Below, in pieces: positions 33,627 through 42,588 of a stretch of DNA of 45,946 nucleotides. The position numbers and the translations under genes were made by a program. The stretch comes from Actinomycetota bacterium (GTDB taxonomy: Bacteria; Actinomycetota; Acidimicrobiia; Spongiisociales; UBA11373). A model generated the notes under the pieces. That model was given only the letters and a program-made list of their open reading frames with translations. It ran no database searches and was not told where the DNA came from. Each line of letters starts with the position of its first letter. The stretch's first letter is position 1. The DNA lies in the NCBI GenBank assembly GCA_043805935.1, contig JAZDHM010000100.1:1-45946 (forward strand), written 5' to 3'.

Positions 33627-36116
33627 GTGAGCGACAGCGGAGACGAGGAGGGGTTCCACCCACACCCGGGTGATCCCTGGCATCCCGAATGGAGCGATGA
33701 ATCCGTCGCCGGGGAGGTCGCGTCGGCACCCGACTCCGAGCGTTCCAAGAGGCAACGCCGCGGCTGGTTCCACCGGAAGGCCAAGGACGTCCCCGATGCT
33801 GGCGTCGAGAGCGCCGAGTCCGCCCATGAGGCGGCCGGTCCGCCTGGCGCCGGAGACGGCGAGTGGGACGACATCCCCGCCACCGTGTACGGTGCCGAGC
33901 GGTCGGAGGTCGAGGTGGTGGGCGCCGCGGCGGCGGAGCCCGAGGAGGCGCCCCTGCCGGCGTGGCTGACCGACCTGCCGCCCGAAGAACACACCGATCC
34001 GACGCTCACCGTGGAACTCCCGTCCTGGGTCGGCGACACCACCGCCGGTGCTCCCGCCATGGTCGGGGGGTTTGAAGGAGACGCGGTCGACGAGACGCTC
34101 CTCGAAGCGGCGGAGGACGCCGCGGAACGCGTGGCGCCCGACGACGTCGAGGTGGCCCTGAGGGCGCTTGGCGCCCTCGACGAGGACGACGTCGAGGTCG
34201 TGCCGTTCGCGGCGGTCGAGGCCCGCGACACGCTCTCTGACGCTGAGCCGCCGCATCTGGCTCCGCTCGACCCCGTCCCGGAGATCGCCGCCGCGGCCAG
34301 CGAGTACGGCGTCGCCGGCAAGGAGGCATTCGAGGCACTGCGCGACATCCACGCCGAGGACCTCGGAGACTGGGAGACCTTCGCCGGATCCGGCTCGGCG
34401 CCACCGTCGGCGGGGGAGGTGGCCCCCCGGCCCATGGAGACCGACCTGGCTGCACAGGCCGAGCCGCCGCGCCGACGGGGGATCTGGCCGTTCCGGCGCA
34501 ACCGAGCACCCGAGGACGAGGAGGTGGTCGAGGAGCCCGCGGACTGGTCGGGAGACATCCCCATCGTTCCCGAGGCATGGTTCGCCCGGGTCGACGAGGA
34601 CACCGTGGTCCCGCCGCCCGAGGACCTCCCCGAGACCGAGTGGCCCGAGCCCGGCCCCGGACCGGCGCCCATCGAGCCGGGGGCCTGGGAGGTCCCTGCT
34701 GGAGCCGGTCGGGGCGGCGCGGGTGACGAGCCCGGTCCGGTGCGGCCCCGGGCGGCCGATGAGCGACGGATGACCGAACCGCCGTCGCCGGCGATTCCCG
34801 AACCGGTCCCGGCCGCCCTGGACTCGGAGGAGTACTCCCCAGTCGCCTTCGACCACGGATACGGCTTCGACACCTTGGACGCGCCCGATGGGTCCGCCTC
34901 CGATGGCCGACCCACCCGGCCAACGGACGACGCGCTGTTCCGCCCGCCGGTCCCGGGGAGGGTCCCGTCTCGCGGCGACGGAGGCGGGTTCGTTCCGGAC
35001 CGACCGGCCACCCCTGGCGGCGAAGACGAAGAATGGGTCACCGGCCCAATCGATCTCGGGGGCGAGTACGACGACTCGACGGTCGAGCTGCCCGTCGGGT
35101 ACCCGTCGGTCGATGACGTCGGGGAGCAGCAGTTCAGCATCGCGGCGACCACCGAGCATCGCGGCTTCGCCGAGGAGCTCTCTCGCGCGGTCGACGAGGA
35201 CACCGAGTGGCAAGCGGTGAGCGCCGCCATGCCCGGCGTCGGGACCGGTGTGGTGGGATTCGACGACGTCGCCGATCTGGGTGATGAAGAGGACGTCTAC
35301 GAAGCGGCGACGCGCTCGGAGCTCGGGACCCGGGTTCTCACCGGGATCGTGCTCGTCGGGTTCCTGGTGGGTTCGGTGTGGGTCGGCGGCGTGGCGACTG
35401 CCGCGTTCATCGGCTTGCTCGTCGTGCTGGGGCTGGGCGAGTTCTACGGGACCTTGCGTCGCCGGGGGTTCAGGCCGCTCGCCCTGTTCGGATACCTGGG
35501 CGGGATCGGGATGCTCGTCGCGACCTGGTTCCACGGCCCGATCGCGATTCCGGTGGCGATTGGCCTCACGGCCGTGGTCGTGTTCTTCGTGTACGCGTTC
35601 GCACCGCTGAGGCGAGACGCCCTCGCCAACGGGGGCCTCACCGTGCTGGGCGTGGCGTGGGTGATCGGGACTGCGGCCTTCGTGGTGCCGATCCTGCGCG
35701 TCGAGCGATACCGCGTGCTCGTGCTCTCGGTCGTGGTCGTGACGGCGGCGATGGACATCGGAGCGTATTCGGTGGGCCGCACGTGGGGCCGGCGCGCTCT
35801 CGCGCCGATCATCTCGCCGAACAAGTCGGTCGAGGGCCTCATTGGGGGGATCGTGGTCTGCATGGCGGCCGCGGCCGCGGTCGGCTACATGCTTGAGCCG
35901 TTCGACCTCCGCTCGGGGACCGCCCTGGGCCTCGTGATCTGTGTCGCCGCCCCCATCGGCGACCTCGCCGAGTCGATGATCAAGCGCAGCCTCGGTGTCA
36001 AGGACATGGGCGCCGTCTTGCCCGGACACGGCGGGATCCTCGACCGGGTCGACGCCTTCTTGTTCGTGCTCCCCGCCACCTGGGTGTTGTTCCAAACCAT
36101 CGGCCTGCTCGGGTGA
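33627..36116 (+). CDS. cdsA: Phosphatidate cytidylyltransferase (CdsA) fused to an acidic, low-complexity N-terminal region of about 560 aa
   Basis: A single uninterrupted ORF. The GTG at 33627 lies 4 nt after GGAGGAGG (33615-33622), and the GTG at 33606 is an alternative. The last 266 aa form a multi-TM CdsA core with SPNKSVEGLIGG, GDLAESMIKRSLGVKD and PGHGGILDRVD. The preceding 563 aa are rich in D/E/P/A but show clean G/C-rich third codon positions. Confidence 0.8.
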   Translation: MSDSGDEEGFHPHPGDPWHPEWSDESVAGEVASAPDSERSKRQRRGWFHRKAKDVPDAGVESAESAHEAAGPPGAGDGEWDDIPATVYGAERSEVEVVGAAAAEPEEAPLPAWLTDLPPEEHTDPTLTVELPSWVGDTTAGAPAMVGGFEGDAVDETLLEAAEDAAERVAPDDVEVALRALGALDEDDVEVVPFAAVEARDTLSDAEPPHLAPLDPVPEIAAAASEYGVAGKEAFEALRDIHAEDLGDWETFAGSGSAPPSAGEVAPRPMETDLAAQAEPPRRRGIWPFRRNRAPEDEEVVEEPADWSGDIPIVPEAWFARVDEDTVVPPPEDLPETEWPEPGPGPAPIEPGAWEVPAGAGRGGAGDEPGPVRPRAADERRMTEPPSPAIPEPVPAALDSEEYSPVAFDHGYGFDTLDAPDGSASDGRPTRPTDDALFRPPVPGRVPSRGDGGGFVPDRPATPGGEDEEWVTGPIDLGGEYDDSTVELPVGYPSVDDVGEQQFSIAATTEHRGFAEELSRAVDEDTEWQAVSAAMPGVGTGVVGFDDVADLGDEEDVYEAATRSELGTRVLTGIVLVGFLVGSVWVGGVATAAFIGLLVVLGLGEFYGTLRRRGFRPLALFGYLGGIGMLVATWFHGPIAIPVAIGLTAVVVFFVYAFAPLRRDALANGGLTVLGVAWVIGTAAFVVPILRVERYRVLVLSVVVVTAAMDIGAYSVGRTWGRRALAPIISPNKSVEGLIGGIVVCMAAAAAVGYMLEPFDLRSGTALGLVICVAAPIGDLAESMIKRSLGVKDMGAVLPGHGGILDRVDAFLFVLPATWVLFQTIGLLG

Positions 36117-37255
36117 GGCCGGTCGTCGTCCTCGGGGCGACCGGGTCGATCGGCCGCCAGGCGCTCGAAGTCGCCAAGCACCTCGGAGTCGAGGTGCGGG
36201 CCATCTCGGCCCGCCGGGGCTCGGCCGAACTCCTGGCCATCGCCTCCGCCTTGCCCGATGCCTACGTCGCGGTGGCTGCCCCGACCAGCGACGAACGAGA
36301 GCGTTGCTCCACGGCGCTCGGGACCAAGGTGTCGTTCGGCCCGGAGGCCGTCGTGGCGCTCGCCGCCATGGCGGGGGTCACCGTCATCAACGGCATCGTC
36401 GGGTCGGAGGGCTTGCCCGCGTCGGTGGCCGCACTCGAGGCGGCCAATCGCCTCGGCCTGGCCAACAAGGAGAGCCTCGTGGCGGGCGGCGAGATCGTCG
36501 CCGCCGCCCTCGAGCGTGGTGGCGGGGAGTTGATCCCGATCGACTCCGAGCACAGCGCCCTCCTCCAATGCCTGCTGGGGGAGGATCCGGTCTCGGTTCG
36601 CCGGCTGATTCTCACCGCGTCGGGCGGCCCCTTCTTCGGCATGCCGGCGGACCGCCTCGAGACGGTCACCGTCGAACAGGCGCTGGCCCATCCCACCTGG
36701 AAGATGGGCCGGCGAATCACCATCGACTCGGCGACGCTCTTGAACAAGGCGTTCGAGGTGATCGAGGCACATCACCTGTTCGGCTTCGGGTACGACGCCA
36801 TCGACGTCGTGGTGCACCCGCAGAGCATCGTGCACGGCATCGTGGAATTCGCCGACGGCTCCCTCAAGGCGCACCTCGGTGAGCCGGACATGCGGGTCCC
36901 GATCCAGTACGCCCTCACCCATCCCGGCCGCCGACCCGGGATGGCCGCCCCCTTCCCCTTCGCCGGCACCACCCTCACCTTCCATGAGCCCGACCGCGCC
37001 GCCTTCCCCTGTCTTCGGCTCGGGTACGAGGCCGGCCGAGCCGGGGGATCCGCCCCGGCGGTGCTCAATGCCGCCGACGAGATCGCGGTGAGGGCCTTCC
37101 TGGAACGGCGCATCGGGTTCGCGTCGATCCCGGTCGTCATCGAGCAGACCCTCGGGCAGATGGGGGTGCACTCGGTCGATTCGATCGAGGACGTCATGGC
37201 CGTCGATCGGGAGGCCAGGGCGCTGGCGGCCGGCCACCTCGGGGGTGCGTGTTGA
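36113..37255 (+). CDS. dxr: 1-deoxy-D-xylulose 5-phosphate reductoisomerase
   Basis: The start overlaps the cdsA stop (GTGA). Motifs include VVLGATGSIGRQAL, LANKESLV, IDSEHSAL, LTASGGPF, HPTWKMGRRITIDSATL and NAADE. Confidence 0.95.
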   Translation: MRPVVVLGATGSIGRQALEVAKHLGVEVRAISARRGSAELLAIASALPDAYVAVAAPTSDERERCSTALGTKVSFGPEAVVALAAMAGVTVINGIVGSEGLPASVAALEAANRLGLANKESLVAGGEIVAAALERGGGELIPIDSEHSALLQCLLGEDPVSVRRLILTASGGPFFGMPADRLETVTVEQALAHPTWKMGRRITIDSATLLNKAFEVIEAHHLFGFGYDAIDVVVHPQSIVHGIVEFADGSLKAHLGEPDMRVPIQYALTHPGRRPGMAAPFPFAGTTLTFHEPDRAAFPCLRLGYEAGRAGGSAPAVLNAADEIAVRAFLERRIGFASIPVVIEQTLGQMGVHSVDSIEDVMAVDREARALAAGHLGGAC

Positions 37256-37302
37256 GGGCGATGGGCCGGTAGCGTGCGGATCCCCCCACGGAGACACACG
37301 GC

Positions 37303-38412
37303 GTGACCGGCGGCATCATCGTCCTCATCGGGATCATCGCGATGGTGATGGTCCACGAGGGCGGCCACTTCATCGCCGCCAAAGCCGTCGGGATGAAGGC
37401 CACCGAGTTCTTCTTTGGGTTCGGACCGAAGCTGTGGTCGACGCGGCGTGGCGAGACCGAGTACGGGGTGAAGGCGATACCGCTCGGCGGGTACGTGCGC
37501 ATCGTCGGGATGAATCCGTACGAGGAGGTCGACCCCGCCGACGTCGGGCGCACCTACCGTGAGAAGCCGTTCTGGCAGAAGTCGGTGGTCGTGCTCGCCG
37601 GTGTGGCCAGCCACTTCGTGATCGCGTTCGTCCTGTTCTTCGCCGTGGCAAGCCTCGTCGGCACCAGCGTGGCGACCACCACCGTGTCCGACGTCCAGGC
37701 GACCTTCGACGACGGCACGCCCACCCCCGCGGCGCTGGCGGGGATCGCCGTCGGCGACACGGTGCTCTCGATCGACGGTGTCGCCGCCGACAGTTGGGCA
37801 CACCTGGTCGACGCCATCTCGGCGCGCCCGGGCGAGACCGTCGATCTCGTCCTGGAGCGAGCCGGCGCGGCGATGACCGTCTCGGTCACCCTCGCCACCG
37901 TGCCCGACGGGGAGGGTGGCGAGCGTGGATACCTGGGCGTCACCTCGCAGCGGCGCACCGAGCGGGTCGGCCCGATCACCGGCCTGGGGCGGGCGGGGAG
38001 CGAGGTCGGCGGCGCCACCACCGGGTCGGTCACCGGGTTGTGGAGGATGGTCTCGGGATTCGGCGATCTCGTGGTCGCAACGGTGACCGGCAACACCGAC
38101 CGCATCTCGGATGATCGTCCCGCCAGCCCGATCGGGCTCATCCGCATCGGGGCCGAGACCGCGGACCTCGGAATCTCCTTCACCCTCGAGCTGGTGGCGC
38201 TGGTCAACGTCTTCGTGGCGATCTTCAACGTGATCCCGGTGTACCCCTTCGACGGAGGCCACTTCGCGGTCGCCCTGTACGAGAAGATCCGGGGCCGGCA
38301 GGCCGACGTCCGCAAGCTCGCCCCGGTCGCCGCAGCGGTCGTGCTGTTCATGGTGCTGCTCGGCCTGCTCGCCATATATCTCGACATCGCCGAGCCGCTC
38401 AGCCTGAGATGA
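37303..38412 (+). CDS. rseP: M50 family site-2 zinc metalloprotease (RseP/Rip1-like) with PDZ domain
   Basis: 369 aa from a GTG start. HEGGHFIAAK supplies the HExxH motif, a central PDZ-like segment follows, and NVIPVYPFDGGH is the LDG-type motif. Its position between dxr and ispG is conserved. Confidence 0.9.
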   Translation: MTGGIIVLIGIIAMVMVHEGGHFIAAKAVGMKATEFFFGFGPKLWSTRRGETEYGVKAIPLGGYVRIVGMNPYEEVDPADVGRTYREKPFWQKSVVVLAGVASHFVIAFVLFFAVASLVGTSVATTTVSDVQATFDDGTPTPAALAGIAVGDTVLSIDGVAADSWAHLVDAISARPGETVDLVLERAGAAMTVSVTLATVPDGEGGERGYLGVTSQRRTERVGPITGLGRAGSEVGGATTGSVTGLWRMVSGFGDLVVATVTGNTDRISDDRPASPIGLIRIGAETADLGISFTLELVALVNVFVAIFNVIPVYPFDGGHFAVALYEKIRGRQADVRKLAPVAAAVVLFMVLLGLLAIYLDIAEPLSLR

Positions 38413-39617
38413 TCGCACGCCGGACGTCGCGCGGTCTCATGGTGGGCTCGGTGCCCGTGGGGGGCGGCGCCCCGGTCAGCGTGCAGTCGATGACCACGAC
38501 CAAGACGGCGGACGTCGACGCCACCCTGGCCCAGGTTTACGCCCTCAAGGGTGCCGGGGCCGACATCGTCCGGATCACCTGCAACGACGTGGCCGCCGCC
38601 CAGGGCCTCGCCGAGATCGTGCCCCGCTCCCCGGTGCCGATCATCGCCGACATCCACTTCCAGTACCGCCTGGCGCTCGGCGCCCTCGAAGCAGGCGTCC
38701 ACGGACTGCGGCTCAACCCGGGGAACATCCGCGATCCCGGCCACGTCAAGACGGTGGCCAGGGCGGCCGCCGAACGGGGGGTGTCGATCCGGGTCGGGGT
38801 CAACGCCGGATCCCTCGACAGGGACATCCTCGACCGCCACGGTGGTCCGGTGCCCGAAGCGCTGGTCGAGTCGGCGCTGAAGGAGATCCGATACCTCGAA
38901 GAGGTCGAGTTCAACGACATCAAGGTGTCGGTGAAGCACAGCCACGTGCCGTCGATGATCGAGTCCTACCGTCGGCTGGCGTCACGGGTGCCCTACCCCC
39001 TGCATCTGGGCGTGACCGAGGCCGGCCCGCCGCCTTCGGGCCTGATCAAGTCGGTGGCGGGGATCGCCACGCTGTTGATGGAGGGGATCGGCGACACCAT
39101 CCGGTTCTCGTTGACCGCCGACCCGGTGGAGGAGGCGGAGGCGGGCCGGCGTCTTCTCGAACAGTTGGGTCTGCGCGAGCGGGCCGGGCTCGATCTCATC
39201 GCCTGCCCCTCCTGCGGCCGGGCCGAGATAGACGTCGTCGCAGTGGCCGAGGAGGCTCAGCGGCGCCTCGAGGCCGAACGACTACCGATCCAGGTGGCGG
39301 TGATGGGGTGCGTGGTCAACGGGCCCGGGGAAGCCCGGGAGGCGGACATCGGTATCGCCGCCGGCCGGGGCAGGGGGCACCTGTTCATCAAGGGCAGCGT
39401 GGTCCGGGTGGTGCCCGAGGCCGAGATGGTCGACGCCCTCGTCGACGAGGCCCGCCGGCTGGCCGCTGAGGGGATCGACGCCCGGCTCGCTGCCGCCGAC
39501 GGCGTGGCCGAACGACTCGCCGAGGAGACCGCCGCCGCCCTGGTAGCCCTGCAGGGAGACCCCAATCGGGTGGCGGAAACGAGAGAGCGAGTGGCGCGGG
39601 TGGCGCGCGGGGAGTAG
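38409..39617 (+). CDS. ispG: 4-hydroxy-3-methylbut-2-enyl diphosphate synthase
   Basis: The ATG overlaps the rseP stop (ATGA). Motifs include APVSVQSMTTT, RLNPGN, LHLGVTEAG, the cluster cysteines CPSCGR and GCVVNGPGE. Confidence 0.95.
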   Translation: MIARRTSRGLMVGSVPVGGGAPVSVQSMTTTKTADVDATLAQVYALKGAGADIVRITCNDVAAAQGLAEIVPRSPVPIIADIHFQYRLALGALEAGVHGLRLNPGNIRDPGHVKTVARAAAERGVSIRVGVNAGSLDRDILDRHGGPVPEALVESALKEIRYLEEVEFNDIKVSVKHSHVPSMIESYRRLASRVPYPLHLGVTEAGPPPSGLIKSVAGIATLLMEGIGDTIRFSLTADPVEEAEAGRRLLEQLGLRERAGLDLIACPSCGRAEIDVVAVAEEAQRRLEAERLPIQVAVMGCVVNGPGEAREADIGIAAGRGRGHLFIKGSVVRVVPEAEMVDALVDEARRLAAEGIDARLAAADGVAERLAEETAAALVALQGDPNRVAETRERVARVARGE

Positions 39618-39625
39618 CCCCTCGT

Positions 39626-40069
39626 TCAGCCGACCGCGCTGACCCAACGGCCCCCGGAGCGGGCCGCAAGCGTGGCGAAGTCGGTGGCGTGGAGGATCTC
39701 GATCGTCGCTTCGCGCACCGTCTCCCAGGTCTCCCGTAGCGCGCACCCGACCCCCATCGGGCAGGCCTCGGGGTTGGTCCTGGTGGCGCAGGCGATCGGC
39801 GCCAGCGGGCCCTGGAACAGGCGGACGATGCGTTCCAGGGTGATCTGGCCAGGGGGGTGGTTGAGCCGGTACCCGCCGGACGGGCCGCGCTCGGATCGGA
39901 CGATCCCGTCGCCGCGCAGCTGGGTCATGATCTGCTCGAGGAAGGGCCGGGGGATGGCGGCGCGTTCGGCGATCTCATCGAGCTTGAGGAGGGTCTCCTC
40001 GCCGGCGAGTGCCAAGGTCAGGACGGCGCGGGTGGCGTAGTCGGTCTTCCTCGTGATCCACACGGGCAC
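39626..40069 (-). CDS. Rrf2-family transcriptional regulator with a three-Cys (putative Fe-S) ligand set
   Basis: 147 aa. The winged-helix N terminus reads RKTDYATRAVLTLA...LDEIAERAAIPRPFLEQIMTQLRGDGIVRSERGPSGGYRL. The cysteines are spaced C-x8-C-x5-C (IACATRTNPEACPMGVGC). Confidence 0.88.
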   Translation of the reverse strand: MPVWITRKTDYATRAVLTLALAGEETLLKLDEIAERAAIPRPFLEQIMTQLRGDGIVRSERGPSGGYRLNHPPGQITLERIVRLFQGPLAPIACATRTNPEACPMGVGCALRETWETVREATIEILHATDFATLAARSGGRWVSAVG

Positions 40070-40095
40070 CTCCTCGGGGGTCCGACGCCGAGCGT

Positions 40096-40136
40096 ATCAC
40101 CATGGAGTCGACTGCCTTAGTCGGGAATACGGTGAT
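40096..40136 (-). promoter_or_regulatory. Symmetric 41-bp palindrome upstream of the Rrf2 gene (candidate Rrf2 operator)
   Basis: The arrangement is ATCACC-N7-CGACT-N5-AGTCG-N7-GGTGAT, perfectly symmetric about nt 40116. It lies 27-67 nt upstream of the Rrf2 start codon. The core GACT-N5-AGTC resembles the IscR type-1 site as I remember it. Confidence 0.5.
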
Positions 40137-40185
40137 GAGGTGGGTGGGGGAGGACCGATGCCCCGACGGTCGCCGGCCGTGCCGG

Positions 40186-40632
40186 TCAGCCCTCCAGCCA
40201 GTGGACCCGCTGCTGGTGATACGCCCCGCGAAGCACGGTGGCGGCATCGGCGCCAATGAACTCCTCGACCAGTTCGAGGAAGGCGCCGGCGTACTCGGGC
40301 CCGTGCACCGCGGTCGCCGGGTCCCGGATCCACTCGTGGGCCAGCTCGTGAAGGATCGTCGGGATGGTGCGGGAGGAGCGTGGAACCCGGATCTCTCCTC
40401 CGATGCTCCCGGCGCTGCGCCGGCCGCGTCCGTCGCCGACGCGAATCCTCCGGGCGGCGCCGACGTGGGACCGCCACCAGCGCGAGCCCACGACGGTGTC
40501 GACGAACTCCCGGACCTCCTCGATCGAGCCCATCCGCCGGGCGCGCAGGTGGTCGTCGAGTGCCCAGTGGGCCCGGTACACCCGCAGGCGTTGCGTATCG
40601 CGTGGCCGTCGCGGCGGCTGTCTGCGCGTCAT
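40186..40632 (-). CDS. SprT-like HExxH putative metallohydrolase (resembles the actinobacterial TIGR04338 family)
   Basis: The internal ATG at 40632 gives a 148-aa product with RVYRAHWAL near the N terminus and ILHELAHE (HExxH). The family name is from memory. Confidence 0.6.
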   Translation of the reverse strand: MTRRQPPRRPRDTQRLRVYRAHWALDDHLRARRMGSIEEVREFVDTVVGSRWWRSHVGAARRIRVGDGRGRRSAGSIGGEIRVPRSSRTIPTILHELAHEWIRDPATAVHGPEYAGAFLELVEEFIGADAATVLRGAYHQQRVHWLEG

Positions 40633-40723
40633 CGTGCCTGCACGCCGAACCCGCCCTTCCTGACGGCGGGTCACGCTAGCGGGCACGGTGCCGGCTCTGT
40701 GCATCACTAACCTCCGCTCCCTC

Positions 40724-42436
40724 ATGCGCTGGTCCCGGGCCTACATCCCCACATTGCGCGAAGACCCTGCCGACGCCGAGGCGGCCAACCACCGGTTGCT
40801 GGTCCGAGGCGGGTTCGTCCGGCGCCTCATGGCGGGTTCGTGGTCCCTGCTCCCGCTCGGCAAGCGGGTGGTGGACAAGGTCGAAGCCATCATTCGCCAG
40901 GAGATGGACCGCATCGGAGGCCAGGAGATGCTGCTTCCGGTGGTCCACCCCGCGGAGGTGTGGAAGCAAACCGGGCGCTGGGACGACGTCGAGGGGATCC
41001 TGGTCAAGTTCAAGGATCGCAAGGAAGCCGACCTCCTTCTGGCGATGACCCATGAGGAGATCTTCACGCTCCTCGCCACCGAGCTGTCGTCGTATCGCCA
41101 GTTGCCCCAGCTCTGGTACCACCTGCAGACCAAGTTCCGTGACGAGCCCCGGCCGAAGGGCGGTCTGCTGCGGGTGCGGGAATTCACCATGAAGGACTCG
41201 TACTCTTTCGACGTCGACCCCGCCGGCCTCGACATCCAGTTCGAAGCGCACCGCCGCGCCTACGCGGAGATATTCCGCCGTCTCGGCATGGAGGCCATCC
41301 CGGTCCATGCTTCCTCGGGGACGATGGGTGGCAAGGAGTCGGTGGAGTTCATGGTGGAGAGTCCCGCAGGCGAGGACGACATCGTCGTGTGCCCGCATTG
41401 CGGCTACGCCGCCAATACCGAGCGTGCCATCTCGGCCGTGGCGCCGGTCACCGACGAGCCGTGGCCGGGGGCACCGGAGGCGTTCGACACCCAGGGCATC
41501 CGCACGATCGCCGCACTCGCCGAGGCGTTCCGGTTCGCCGCTCCCGAACGGCAGATCAAGACCCTCGCTTACGTGGTGGGCGGTGGGCTCACCCTCATCC
41601 TGCTTCGCGGCGACCACGAGTTGATGGAGCAGAAGCTGGTCGATGCTCTGGGCACCTTCGACATCCGCCCCGCTCACGACGAAGAGATCGTGGCCGCCCT
41701 CGGGGCACATCCCGGGAGCCTGGGCGCCGTGGGGGTGCGCGGGCCACGCATCATCGCCGACCCAGCGCTGCGGGGGCGGGCGAACATGGTCACCGGTGCC
41801 AATCAGGACGATCGCCACATCCGCGGCGTGGACGTCGGCCGGGACCTCTCCGGAGTCGAGTGGATCGAGGTGCGTGTGGTCCGCGCCGGCGACCCGTGCG
41901 TCCAGTGCGGCCAGGCCGTCGAGGTTCGGCGGTCGATCGAGGTCGGCCACATCTTCAAACTCGGGACGAAATACGCCGAGGCGCTCGGGGCGACGGTGAC
42001 CGACGAGACGGGCGGGGAGCAGACGATCTGGATGGGCTCATACGGGATCGGCGTCGGCCGCAACGTGGCCGCGATCGTCGAGTCCCACCATGACGACAAG
42101 GGGATCATCTGGCCGGTGACGGTCGCCCCGTACGAGGTCGTGGTCACGGTCGTCAAAATGGACGACCAGACCACCGTGGCCGCGGCCGACCGGATCTACG
42201 AGGGCCTGCGCGCCCTCGGAGTCGACACGATCATCGATGACCGTGACGAGCGCCCCGGCGTCAAGTTCGCCGACGCCGAGCTGATCGGCATCCCCTACCG
42301 GGTGACCGTGGGGCCCAAGGGGGCGGTCGCGGGGACGGCGGAGGTCACCCGCCGGGCGGACGGGTCTACCGAACCGGTTCCCCTCGCCGAGGTCGTCGCC
42401 CGGGTGGCGGAGCGGGTGGCGGCGGAGCGTCGCTGA
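40724..42436 (+). CDS. proS: Proline--tRNA ligase (bacterial type with INS editing domain)
   Basis: The internal ATG at 40724 gives MRWSRAYIPTLREDPADAE. Motifs include FRDEPRPKGGLLRVREFTMKDSYSF, the insertion domain, and GSYGIGVGR. Confidence 0.95.
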   Translation: MRWSRAYIPTLREDPADAEAANHRLLVRGGFVRRLMAGSWSLLPLGKRVVDKVEAIIRQEMDRIGGQEMLLPVVHPAEVWKQTGRWDDVEGILVKFKDRKEADLLLAMTHEEIFTLLATELSSYRQLPQLWYHLQTKFRDEPRPKGGLLRVREFTMKDSYSFDVDPAGLDIQFEAHRRAYAEIFRRLGMEAIPVHASSGTMGGKESVEFMVESPAGEDDIVVCPHCGYAANTERAISAVAPVTDEPWPGAPEAFDTQGIRTIAALAEAFRFAAPERQIKTLAYVVGGGLTLILLRGDHELMEQKLVDALGTFDIRPAHDEEIVAALGAHPGSLGAVGVRGPRIIADPALRGRANMVTGANQDDRHIRGVDVGRDLSGVEWIEVRVVRAGDPCVQCGQAVEVRRSIEVGHIFKLGTKYAEALGATVTDETGGEQTIWMGSYGIGVGRNVAAIVESHHDDKGIIWPVTVAPYEVVVTVVKMDDQTTVAAADRIYEGLRALGVDTIIDDRDERPGVKFADAELIGIPYRVTVGPKGAVAGTAEVTRRADGSTEPVPLAEVVARVAERVAAERR

Positions 42437-42546
42437 GCCCGGCCGCCGCGGGATGGACCCGCCGCAGGGCCGTTGGACCCTCGGAGCCCTCCGCCAGAGA
42501 GACCGCGGGCGGCGATATACTTGCTCGTCAATTCAGTGGACGCTTT

Positions 42547-42573
42547 GAAGTGGGCGCCCCGCCCACTTCTTTT
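42547..42573 (+). terminator. Intrinsic terminator downstream of proS
   Basis: A perfect 9-bp stem, GAAGTGGGC (42547-42555) with GCCCACTTC (42561-42569), encloses a 5-nt loop and is followed by TTTT (42570-42573). It sits in a locally AT-richer patch 110 nt after the proS stop. Confidence 0.7.
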
Positions 42574-42588
42574 CATGAGGAGTGCCGA

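Noticed and set aside
33456-36095. An 879-aa minus-strand ORF (and 33554..35230) opposite cdsA.
   Set aside because: Its composition is dominated by Arg/Gly/His/Asp/Pro, and it lies opposite an ORF with a bona fide CdsA core and a coding-type GC3 pattern. This is a typical high-GC shadow ORF.
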